Shown here: positions 12,001 through 24,500 of the stretch, piece by piece
Numbering within the stretch: the first letter of the stretch is position 1
How the letters are laid out: every line of letters starts with the position of its first letter
Source of the DNA: Eledone cirrhosa
Lineage: Eukaryota
Length of the DNA stretch: 64,000 nucleotides
Assembly (NCBI GenBank): GCA_964016885.1
Contig: CAXHJY010000442.1
Span: 177,171-241,170 of the forward strand
Reading direction: 5' to 3'
Notes under the pieces: generated by a model
Told to the model about the DNA's origin: nothing
The model's input: the letters and a program-made list of their open reading frames with translations, nothing else
The model's database searches: none
Translations under genes and position numbers: made by a program

Positions 12001-12712
12001 GTGAATTTCAGCAAGATATCTCCGTAAAATCAATAGTTGTGGCTGTGGAACCAAACCGTGTTAAACGTCAACAAAGTCCGCCGGCGAATGGTGTGCTTCG
12101 AAGAAAACGAATCCAAAAATGACGATTAGCCGGCGGATTTACCTTTTTAATCGCGGGCCGGCCGCCCGCGGTCGGATCGATCTGTAATTACTGGTACATG
12201 TGCAGACACTCATTGGCTATGTGTGGCGTGAATTTCAGCAAGATATCTCCGTAAAATCAATAGTTGTGGCTGTGGAACCAAACCGTGTTAAACGTCAACA
12301 AAGTCCGCCGGCGAATGGTGTGCTTCGAAGAAAACGAATCCAAAAATGACGATTAGCCGGCGGATTTACCTTTTTAATCGCGGGCCGGCCGCCCGCGGTC
12401 GGATCGATCTGTAATTACTGGTACATGTGCAGACACTCATTGGCTATGTGTGGCGTGAATTTCAGCAAGATATCTCCGTAAAATCAATAGTTGTGGCTGT
12501 GGAACCAAACCGTGTTAAACGTCAACAAAGTCCGCCGGCGAATGGTGTGCTTCGAAGAAAACGAATCCAAAAATGACGATTAGCCGGCGGATTTACCTTT
12601 TTAATCGCGGGCCGGCCGCCCGCGGTCGGATCGATCTGTAATTACTGGTACATGTGCAGACACTCATTGGCTATGTGTGGCGTGAATTTCAGCAAGATAT
12701 CTCCGTAAAATC
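9081..12712. repeat. Local higher-order repeat: 8-mer x2, built from a 4-mer (A180T-B-B-B)
   Basis: C180T type-A monomer every 4 units (copies 41, 45, 49, 53). C176T occurs in copies 42 and 50 only. Confidence 0.85.
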
Positions 12713-14982
12713 AATAGTTGTGGCTGTGGAACCAAACCGTGTTAAACGTCAACAAAGTCCGCCGGCGAATGGTGTGCTTCGAAGAAAACGAATCCAAAAA
12801 TGACGATTAGCCGGCGGATTTACCTTTTCAATCGCGGGCCGGCCGCCCGTGGTCGGATCGATCTGTAATTACTGGTACATGTGCAGACACTCATTGGCTA
12901 TGTGTGGCGTGAATTTCAGCAAGATATCTCCGTAAAATCAATAGTTGTGGCTGTGGAACCAAACCGTGTTAAACGTCAACAAAGTCCGCCGGCGAATGGT
13001 GTGCTTCGAAGAAAACGAATCCAAAAATGACGATTAGCCGGCGGATTTACCTTTTTAATCGCGGGCCGGCCGCCCGCGGTCGGATCGATCTGTAATTACT
13101 GGTACATGTGCAGACACTCATTGGCTATGTGTGGCGTGAATTTCAGCAAGATATCTCCGTAAAATCAATAGTTGTGGCTGTGGAACCAAACCGTGTTAAA
13201 CGTCAACAAAGTCCGCCGGCGAATGGTGTGCTTCGAAGAAAACGAATCCAAAAATGACGATTAGCCGGCGGATTTACCTTTTTAATCGCGGGCCGGCCGC
13301 CCGCGGTCGGATCGATCTGTAATTACTGGTACATGTGCAGACACTCATTGGCTATGTGTGGCGTGAATTTCAGCAAGATATCTCCGTAAAATCAATAGTT
13401 GTGGCTGTGGAACCAAACCGTGTTAAACGTCAACAAAGTCCGCCGGCGAATGGTGTGCTTCGAAGAAAACGAATCCAAAAATGACGATTAGCCGGCGGAT
13501 TTACCTTTTCAATCGCGGGCCGGCCGCCCGCGGTCGGATCGATCTGTAATTACTGGTACATGTGCAGATACTCATTGGCTATGTGTGGCGTGAATTTCAG
13601 CAAGATATCTCCGTAAAATCAATAGTTGTGGCTGTGGAACCAAACCGTGTTAAACGTCAACAAAGTCCGCCGGCGAATGGTGTGCTTCGAAGAAAACGAA
13701 TCCAAAAATGACGATTAGCCGGCGGATTTACCTTTTTAATCGCGGGCCGGCCGCCCGCGGTCGGATCGATCTGTAATTACTGGTACATGTGCAGACACTC
13801 ATTGGCTATGTGTGGCGTGAATTTCAGCAAGATATCTCCGTAAAATCAATAGTTGTGGCTGTGGAACCAAACCGTGTTAAACGTCAACAAAGTCCGCCGG
13901 CGAATGGTGTGCTTCGAAGAAAACGAATCCAAAAATGACGATTAGCCGGCGGATTTACCTTTTCAATCGCGGGCCGGCCGCCCGTGGTCGGATCGATCTG
14001 TAATTACTGGTACATGTGCAGACACTCATTGGCTATGTGTGGCGTGAATTTCAGCAAGATATCTCCGTAAAATCAATAGTTGTGGCTGTGGAACCAAACC
14101 GTGTTAAACGTCAACAAAGTCCGCCGGCGAATGGTGTGCTTCGAAGAAAACGAATCCAAAAATGACGATTAGCCGGCGGATTTACCTTTTTAATCGCGGG
14201 CCGGCCGCCCGCGGTCGGATCGATCTGTAATTACTGGTACATGTGCAGACACTCATTGGCTATGTGTGGCGTGAATTTCAGCAAGATATCTCCGTAAAAT
14301 CAATAGTTGTGGCTGTGGAACCAAACCGTGTTAAACGTCAACAAAGTCCGCCGGCGAATGGTGTGCTTCGAAGAAAACGAATCCAAAAATGACGATTAGC
14401 CGGCGGATTTACCTTTTTAATCGCGGGCCGGCCGCCCGCGGTCGGATCGATCTGTAATTACTGGTACATGTGCAGACACTCATTGGCTATGTGTGGCGTG
14501 AATTTCAGCAAGATATCTCCGTAAAATCAATAGTTGTGGCTGTGGAACCAAACCGTGTTAAACGTCAACAAAGTCCGCCGGCGAATGGTGTGCTTCGAAG
14601 AAAACGAATCCAAAAATGACGATTAGCCGGCGGATTTACCTTTTTAATCGCGGGCCGGCCGCCCGCGGTCGGATCGATCTGTAATTACTGGTACATGTGC
14701 AGACACTCATTGGCTATGTGTGGCGTGAATTTCAGCAAGATATCTCCGTAAAATCAATAGTTGTGGCTGTGGAACCAAACCGTGTTAAACGTCAACAAAG
14801 TCCGCCGGCGAATGGTGTGCTTCGAAGAAAACGAATCCAAAAATGACGATTAGCCGGCGGATTTACCTTTTCAATCGCGGGCCGGCCGCCCGCGGTCGGA
14901 TCGATCTGTAATTACTGGTACATGTGCAGACACTCATTGGCTATGTGTGGCGTGAATTTCAGCAAGATATCTCCGTAAAATC

Positions 14983-17706
14983 AATAGTTGTGGCTGTGGA
15001 ACCAAACCGTGTTAAACGTCAACAAAGTCCGCCGGCGAATGGTGTGCTTCGAAGAAAACGAATCCAAAAATGACGATTAGCCGGCGGATTTACCTTTTCA
15101 ATCGCGGGCCGGCCGCCCGTGGTCGGATCGATCTGTAATTACTGGTACATGTGCAGACACTCATTGGCTATGTGTGGCGTGAATTTCAGCAAGATATCTC
15201 CGTAAAATCAATAGTTGTGGCTGTGGAACCAAACCGTGTTAAACGTCAACAAAGTCCGCCGGCGAATGGTGTGCTTCGAAGAAAACTAATCCAAAAATGA
15301 CGATTAGCCGGCGGATTTACCTTTTCAATCGCGGGCCGGTCGCCCGTGGTCGGATCGATCTGTAATTACTGGTACATGTGCAGACACTCATTGGCTATGT
15401 GTGGCGTGAATTTCAGCAAGATATCTCCGTAAAATCAATAGTTGTGGCTGTGGAACCAAACCGTGTTAAACGTCAACAAAGTCCGCCGGCGAATGGTGTG
15501 CTTCGAAGAAAACGAATCCAAAAATGACGATTAGCCGGCGGATTTACCTTTTCAATCGCGGGCCGGCCGCCCGTGGTCGGATCGATCTGTAATTACTGGT
15601 ACATGTGCAGACACTCATTGGCTATGTGTGGCGTGAATTTCAGCAAGATATCTCCGTAAAATCAATAGTTGTGGCTGTGGAACCAAACCGTGTTAAACGT
15701 CAACAAAGTCCGCCGGCGAATGGTGTGCTTCGAAGAAAACGAATCCAAAAATGACGATTAGCCGGCGGATTTACCTTTTTAATCGCGGGCCGGCCGCCCG
15801 CGGTCGGATCGATCTGTAATTACTGGTACATGTGCAGATACTCATTGGCTATGTGTGGCGTGAATTTCAGCAAGATATCTCCGTAAAATCAATAGTTGTG
15901 GCTGTGGAACCAAACCGTGTTAAACGTCAACAAAGTCCGCCGGCGAATGGTGTGCTTCGAAGAAAACTAATCCAAAAATGACGATTAGCCGGCGGATTTA
16001 CCTTTTCAATCGCGGGCCGGCCGCCCGTGGTCGGATCGATCTGTAATTACTGGTACATGTGCAGACACTCATTGGCTATGTGTGGCGTGAATTTCAGCAA
16101 GATATCTCCGTAAAATCAATAGTTGTGGCTGTGGAACCAAACCGTGTTAAACGTCAACAAAGTCCGCCGGCGAATGGTGTGCTTCGAAGAAAACGAATCC
16201 AAAAATGACGATTAGCCGGCGGATTTACCTTTTTAATCGCGGGCCGGCCGCCCGCGGTCGGATCGATCTGTAATTACTGGTACATGTGCAGACACTCATT
16301 GGCTATGTGTGGCGTGAATTTCAGCAAGATATCTCCGTAAAATCAATAGTTGTGGCTGTGGAACCAAACCGTGTTAAACGTCAACAAAGTCCGCCGGCGA
16401 ATGGTGTGCTTCGAAGAAAACGAATCCAAAAATGACGATTAGCCGGCGGATTTACCTTTTCAATCGCGGGCCGGCCGCCCGTGGTCGGATCGATCTGTAA
16501 TTACTGGTACATGTGCAGACACTCATTGGCTATGTGTGGCGTGAATTTCAGCAAGATATCTCCGTAAAATCAATAGTTGTGGCTGTGGAACCAAACCGTG
16601 TTAAACGTCAACAAAGTCCGCCGGCGAATGGTGTGCTTCGAAGAAAACTAATCCAAAAATGACGATTAGCCGGCGGATTTACCTTTTCAATCGCGGGCCG
16701 GTCGCCCGTGGTCGGATCGATCTGTAATTACTGGTACATGTGCAGACACTCATTGGCTATGTGTGGCGTGAATTTCAGCAAGATATCTCCGTAAAATCAA
16801 TAGTTGTGGCTGTGGAACCAAACCGTGTTAAACGTCAACAAAGTCCGCCGGCGAATGGTGTGCTTCGAAGAAAACGAATCCAAAAATGACGATTAGCCGG
16901 CGGATTTACCTTTTCAATCGCGGGCCGGCCGCCCGTGGTCGGATCGATCTGTAATTACTGGTACATGTGCAGACACTCATTGGCTATGTGTGGCGTGAAT
17001 TTCAGCAAGATATCTCCGTAAAATCAATAGTTGTGGCTGTGGAACCAAACCGTGTTAAACGTCAACAAAGTCCGCCGGCGAATGGTGTGCTTCGAAGAAA
17101 ACGAATCCAAAAATGACGATTAGCCGGCGGATTTACCTTTTTAATCGCGGGCCGGCCGCCCGCGGTCGGATCGATCTGTAATTACTGGTACATGTGCAGA
17201 TACTCATTGGCTATGTGTGGCGTGAATTTCAGCAAGATATCTCCGTAAAATCAATAGTTGTGGCTGTGGAACCAAACCGTGTTAAACGTCAACAAAGTCC
17301 GCCGGCGAATGGTGTGCTTCGAAGAAAACTAATCCAAAAATGACGATTAGCCGGCGGATTTACCTTTTCAATCGCGGGCCGGCCGCCCGTGGTCGGATCG
17401 ATCTGTAATTACTGGTACATGTGCAGACACTCATTGGCTATGTGTGGCGTGAATTTCAGCAAGATATCTCCGTAAAATCAATAGTTGTGGCTGTGGAACC
17501 AAACCGTGTTAAACGTCAACAAAGTCCGCCGGCGAATGGTGTGCTTCGAAGAAAACGAATCCAAAAATGACGATTAGCCGGCGGATTTACCTTTTTAATC
17601 GCGGGCCGGCCGCCCGCGGTCGGATCGATCTGTAATTACTGGTACATGTGCAGATACTCATTGGCTATGTGTGGCGTGAATTTCAGCAAGATATCTCCGT
17701 AAAATC
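14983..17706. repeat. Local higher-order repeat: 6-mer x2 (1362 bp)
   Basis: C131T+G78T monomers at 15340 and 16702 (6 x 227 apart), with the same flanking monomer order. Confidence 0.8.
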
Positions 17707-20700
17707 AATAGTTGTGGCTGTGGAACCAAACCGTGTTAAACGTCAACAAAGTCCGCCGGCGAATGGTGTGCTTCGAAGAAAACTAATCCAAAAATGACGA
17801 TTAGCCGGCGGATTTACCTTTTCAATCGCGGGCCGGCCGCCCGTGGTCGGATCGATCTGTAATTACTGGTATATGTGCAGACACTCATTGGCTATGTGTG
17901 GCGTGAATTTCAGCAAGATATCTCCGTAAAATCAATAGTTGTGGCTGTGGAACCAAACCGTGTTAAACGTCAACAAAGTCCGCCGGCGAATGGTGTGCTT
18001 CGAAGAAAACGAATCCAAAAATGACGATTAGCCGGCGGATTTACCTTTTTAATCGCGGGCCGGCCGCCCGCGGTCGGATCGATCTGTAATTACTGGTACA
18101 TGTGCAGACACTCATTGGCTATGTGTGGCGTGAATTTCAGCAAGATATCTCCGTAAAATCAATAGTTGTGGCTGTGGAACCAAACCGTGTTAAACGTCAA
18201 CAAAGTCCGCCGGCGAATGGTGTGCTTCGAAGAAAACGAATCCAAAAATGACGATTAGCCGGCGGATTTACCTTTTTAATCGCGGGCCGGCCGCCCGCGG
18301 TCGGATCGATCTGTAATTACTGGTACATGTGCAGATACTCATTGGCTATGTGTGGCGTGAATTTCAGCAAGATATCTCCGTAAAATCAATAGTTGTGGCT
18401 GTGGAACCAAACCGTGTTAAACGTCAACAAAGTCCGCCGGCGAATGGTGTGCTTCGAAGAAAACTAATCCAAAAATGACGATTAGCCGGCGGATTTACCT
18501 TTTCAATCGCGGGCCGGCCGCCCGTGGTCGGATCGATCTGTAATTACTGGTACATGTGCAGACACTCATTGGCTATGTGTGGCGTGAATTTCAGCAAGAT
18601 ATCTCCGTAAAATCAATAGTTGTGGCTGTGGAACCAAACCGTGTTAAACGTCAACAAAGTCCGCCGGCGAATGGTGTGCTTCGAAGAAAACGAATCCAAA
18701 AATGACGATTAGCCGGCGGATTTACCTTTTCAATCGCGGGCCGGCCGCCCGTGTTCGGATCGATCTGTAATTACTGGTACATGTGCAGACACTCATTGGC
18801 TATGTGTGGCGTGAATTTCAGCAAGATATCTCCGTAAAATCAATAGTTGTGGCTGTGGAACCAAACCGTGTTAAACGTCAACAAAGTCCGCCGGCGAATG
18901 GTGTGCTTCGAAGAAAACGAATCCAAAAATGACGATTAGCCGGCGGATTTACCTTTTCAATCGCGGGCCGGCCGCCCGTGGTCGGATCGATCTGTAATTA
19001 CTGGTACATGTGCAGACACTCATTGGCTATGTGTGGCGTGAATTTCAGCAAGATATCTCCGTAAAATCAATAGTTGTGGCTGTGGAACCAAACCGTGTTA
19101 AACGTCAACAAAGTCCGCCGGCGAATGGTGTGCTTCGAAGAAAACGAATCCAAAAATGACGATTAGCCGGCGGATTTACCTTTTCAATCGCGGGCCGGCC
19201 GCCCGTGGTCGGATCGATCTGTAATTACTGGTACATGTGCAGACACTCATTGGCTATGTGTGGCGTGAATTTCAGCAAGATATCTCCGTAAAATCAATAG
19301 TTGTGGCTGTGGAACCAAACCGTGTTAAACGTCAACAAAGTCCGCCGGCGAATGGTGTGCTTCGAAGAAAACGAATCCAAAAATGACGATTAGCCGGCGG
19401 ATTTACCTTTTTAATCGCGGGCCGGCCGCCCGCGGTCGGATCGATCTGTAATTACTGGTACATGTGCAGATACTCATTGGCTATGTGTGGCGTGAATTTC
19501 AGCAAGATATCTCCGTAAAATCAATAGTTGTGGCTGTGGAACCAAACCGTGTTAAACGTCAACAAAGTCCGCCGGCGAATGGTGTGCTTCGAAGAAAACT
19601 AATCCAAAAATGACGATTAGCCGGCGGATTTACCTTTTCAATCGCGGGCCGGCCGCCCGTGGTCGGATCGATCTGTAATTACTGGTACATGTGCAGACAC
19701 TCATTGGCTATGTGTGGCGTGAATTTCAGCAAGATATCTCCGTAAAATCAATAGTTGTGGCTGTGGAACCAAACCGTGTTAAACGTCAACAAAGTCCGCC
19801 GGCGAATGGTGTGCTTCGAAGAAAACGAATCCAAAAATGACGATTAGCCGGCGGATTTACCTTTTCAATCGCGGGCCGGCCGCCCGTGGTCGGATCGATC
19901 TGTAATTACTGGTACATGTGCAGACACTCATTGGCTATGTGTGGCGTGAATTTCAGCAAGATATCTCCGTAAAATCAATAGTTGTGGCTGTGGAACCAAA
20001 CCGTGTTAAACGTCAACAAAGTCCGCCGGCGAATGGTGTGCTTCGAAGAAAACGAATCCAAAAATGACGATTAGCCGGCGGATTTACCTTTTTAATCGCG
20101 GGCCGGCCGCCCGCGGTCGGATCGATCTGTAATTACTGGTACATGTGCAGACACTCATTGGCTATGTGTGGCGTGAATTTCAGCAAGATATCTCCGTAAA
20201 ATCAATAGTTGTGGCTGTGGAACCAAACCGTGTTAAACGTCAACAAAGTCCGCCGGCGAATGGTGTGCTTCGAAGAAAACGAATCCAAAAATGACGATTA
20301 GCCGGCGGATTTACCTTTTTAATCGCGGGCCGGCCGCCCGCGGTCGGATCGATCTGTAATTACTGGTACATGTGCAGACACTCATTGGCTATGTGTGGCG
20401 TGAATTTCAGCAAGATATCTCCGTAAAATCAATAGTTGTGGCTGTGGAACCAAACCGTGTTAAACGTCAACAAAGTCCGCCGGCGAATGGTGTGCTTCGA
20501 AGAAAACGAATCCAAAAATGACGATTAGCCGGCGGATTTACCTTTTCAATCGCGGGCCGGCCGCCCGTGGTCGGATCGATCTGTAATTACTGGTACATGT
20601 GCAGACACTCATTGGCTATGTGTGGCGTGAATTTCAGCAAGATATCTCCGTAAAATCAATAGTTGTGGCTGTGGAACCAAACCGTGTTAAACGTCAACAA

Positions 20701-21565
20701 AGTCCGCCGGCGAATGGTGTGCTTCGAAGAAAACGAATCCAAAAATGACGATTAGCCGGCGGATTTACCTTTTTAATCGCGGGCCGGCCGCCCGCGGTCG
20801 GATCGATCTGTAATTACTGGTACATGTGCAGACACTCATTGGCTATGTGTGGCGTGAATTTCAGCAAGATATCTCCGTAAAATCAATAGTTGTGGCTGTG
20901 GAACCAAACCGTGTTAAACGTCAACAAAGTCCGCCGGCGAATGGTGTGCTTCGAAGAAAACGAATCCAAAAATGACGATTAGCCGGCGGATTTACCTTTT
21001 CAATCGCGGGCCGGCCGCCCGTGGTCGGATCGATCTGTTATTACTGGTACATGTGCAGACACTCATTGGCTATGTGTGGCGTGAATTTCAGCAAGATATC
21101 TCCGTAAAATCAATAGTTGTGGCTGTGGAACCAAACCGTGTTAAACGTCAACAAAGTCCGCCGGCGAATGGTGTGCTTCGAAGAAAACGAATCCAAAAAT
21201 GACGATTAGCCGGCGGATTTACCTTTTCAATCGCGGGCCGGCCGCCCGTGGTCGGATCGATCTGTAATTACTGGTACATGTGCAGACACTCATTGGCTAT
21301 GTGTGGCGTGAATTTCAGCAAGATATCTCCGTAAAATCAATAGTTGTGGCTGTGGAAACAAACCGTGTTAAACGTCAACAAAGTCCGCCGGCGAATGGTG
21401 TGCTTCGAAGAAAACGAATCCAAAAATGACGATTAGCCGGCGGATTTACCTTTTCAATCGCGGGCCGGCCGCCCGTGGTCGGATCGATCTGTAATTACTG
21501 GTACATGTGCAGACACTCATTGGCTATGTGTGGCGTGAATTTCAGCAAGATATCTCCGTAAAATC

Positions 21566-24500
21566 AATAGTTGTGGCTGTGGAACCAAACCGTGTTAAAC
21601 GTCAACAAAGTCCGCCGGCGAATGGTGTGCTTCGAAGAAAACGAATCCAAAAATGACGATTAGCCGGCGGATTTACCTTTTCAATCGCGGGCCGGCCGCC
21701 CGTGGTCGGATCGATCTGTAATTACTGGTACATGTGCAGACACTTATTGGCTATGTGTGGCGTGAATTTCAGCAAGATATCTCCGTAAAATCAATAGTTG
21801 TGGCTGTGGAACCAAACCGTGTTAAACGTCAACAAAGTCCGCCGGCGAATGGTGTGCTTCGAAGAAAACGAATCCAAAAATGACGATTAGCCGGCGGATT
21901 TACCTTTTTAATCGCGGGCCGGCCGCCCGCGGTCGGATCGATCTGTAATTACTGGTACATGTGCAGATACTCATTGGCTATGTGTGGCGTGAATTTCAGC
22001 AAGATATCTCCGTAAAATCAATAGTTGTGGCTGTGGAACCAAACCGTGTTAAACGTCAACAAACTCCGCCGGCGAATGGTGTGCTTCGAAGAAAACGAAT
22101 CCAAAAATGACGATTAGCCGGCGGATTTACCTTTTCAATCGCGGGCCGGCCGCCCGTGGTCGGATCGATCTGTAATTACTGGTACATGTGCAGACACTCA
22201 TTGGCTATGTGTGGCGTGAATTTCAGCAAGATATCTCCGTAAAATCAATAGTTGTGGCTGTGGAACCAAACCGTGTTAAACGTCAACAAAGTCCGCCGGC
22301 GAATGGTGTGCTTCGAAGAAAACGAATCCAAAAATGACGATTAGCCGGCGGATTTACCTTTTCAATCGCGGGCCGGCCGCCCGTGGTCGGATCGATCTGT
22401 AATTACTGGTACATGTGCAGACACTTATTGGCTATGTGTGGCGTGAATTTCAGCAAGATATCTCCGTAAAATCAATAGTTGTGGCTGTGGAACCAAACCG
22501 TGTTAAACGTCAACAAAGTCCGCCGGCGAATGGTGTGCTTCGAAGAAAACGAATCCAAAAATGACGATTAGCCGGCGGATTTACCTTTTTAATCGCGGGC
22601 CGGCCGCCCGCGGTCGGATCGATCTGTAATTACTGGTACATGTGCAGATACTCATTGGCTATGTGTGGCGTGAATTTCAGCAAGATATCTCCGTAAAATC
22701 AATAGTTGTGGCTGTGGAACCAAACCGTGTTAAACGTCAACAAAGTCCGCCGGCGAATGGTGTGCTTCGAAGAAAACTAATCCAAAAATGACGATTAGCC
22801 GGCGGATTTACCTTTTCAATCGCGGGCCGGCCGCCCGTGGTCGGATCGATCTGTAATTACTGGTACATGTGCAGACACTCATTGGCTATGTGTGGCGTGA
22901 ATTTCAGCAAGATATCTCCGTAAAATCAATAGTTGTGGCTGTGGAACCAAACCGTGTTAAACGTCAACAAAGTCCGCCGGCGAATGGTGTGCTTCGAAGA
23001 AAACGAATCCAAAAATGACGATTAGCCGGCGGATTTACCTTTTTAATCGCGGGCCGGCCGCCCGCGGTCGGATCGATCTGTAATTACTGGTACATGTGCA
23101 GATACTCATTGGCTATGTGTGGCGTGAATTTCAGCAAGATATCTCCGTAAAATCAATAGTTGTGGCTGTGGAACCAAACCGTGTTAAACGTCAACAAAGT
23201 CCGCCGGCGAATGGTGTGCTTCGAAGAAAACTAATCCAAAAATGACGATTAGCCGGCGGATTTACCTTTTCAATCGCGGGCCGGCCGCCCGTGGTCGGAT
23301 CGATCTGTAATTACTGGTACATGTGCAGACACTCATTGGCTATGTGTGGCGTGAATTTCAGCAAGATATCTCCGTAAAATCAATAGTTGTGGCTGTGGAA
23401 CCAAACCGTGTTAAACGTCAACAAAGTCCGCCGGCGAATGGTGTGCTTCGAAGAAAACGAATCCAAAAATGACGATTAGCCGGCGGATTTACCTTTTTAA
23501 TCGCGGGCCGGCCGCCCGCGGTCGGATCGATCTGTAATTACTGGTACATGTGCAGATACTCATTGGCTATGTGTGGCGTGAATTTCAGCAAGATATCTCC
23601 GTAAAATCAATAGTTGTGGCTGTGGAACCAAACCGTGTTAAACGTCAACAAAGTCCGCCGGCGAATGGTGTGCTTCGAAGAAAACTAATCCAAAAATGAC
23701 GATTAGCCGGCGGATTTACCTTTTCAATCGCGGGCCGGCCGCCCGTGGTCGGATCGATCTGTAATTACTGGTACATGTGCAGACACTCATTGGCTATGTG
23801 TGGCGTGAATTTCAGCAAGATATCTCCGTAAAATCAATAGTTGTGGCTGTGGAACCAAACCGTGTTAAACGTCAACAAAGTCCGCCGGCGAATGGTGTGC
23901 TTCGAAGAAAACGAATCCAAAAATGACGATTAGCCGGCGGATTTACCTTTTTAATCGCGGGCCGGCCGCCCGCGGTCGGATCGATCTGTAATTACTGGTA
24001 CATGTGCAGATACTCATTGGCTATGTGTGGCGTGAATTTCAGCAAGATATCTCCGTAAAATCAATAGTTGTGGCTGTGGAACCAAACCGTGTTAAACGTC
24101 AACAAAGTCCGCCGGCGAATGGTGTGCTTCGAAGAAAACTAATCCAAAAATGACGATTAGCCGGCGGATTTACCTTTTCAATCGCGGGCCGGCCGCCCGT
24201 GGTCGGATCGATCTGTAATTACTGGTACATGTGCAGACACTCATTGGCTATGTGTGGCGTGAATTTCAGCAAGATATCTCCGTAAAATCAATAGTTGTGG
24301 CTGTGGAACCAAACCGTGTTAAACGTCAACAAAGTCCGCCGGCGAATGGTGTGCTTCGAAGAAAACGAATCCAAAAATGACGATTAGCCGGCGGATTTAC
24401 CTTTTTAATCGCGGGCCGGCCGCCCGCGGTCGGATCGATCTGTAATTACTGGTACATGTGCAGACACTCATTGGCTATGTGTGGCGTGAATTTCAGCAAG

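Noticed and set aside
20972-21202. 76-aa ORF
   Set aside because: Created by a singleton A155T (TAA>TTA at 21038) in one satellite copy.
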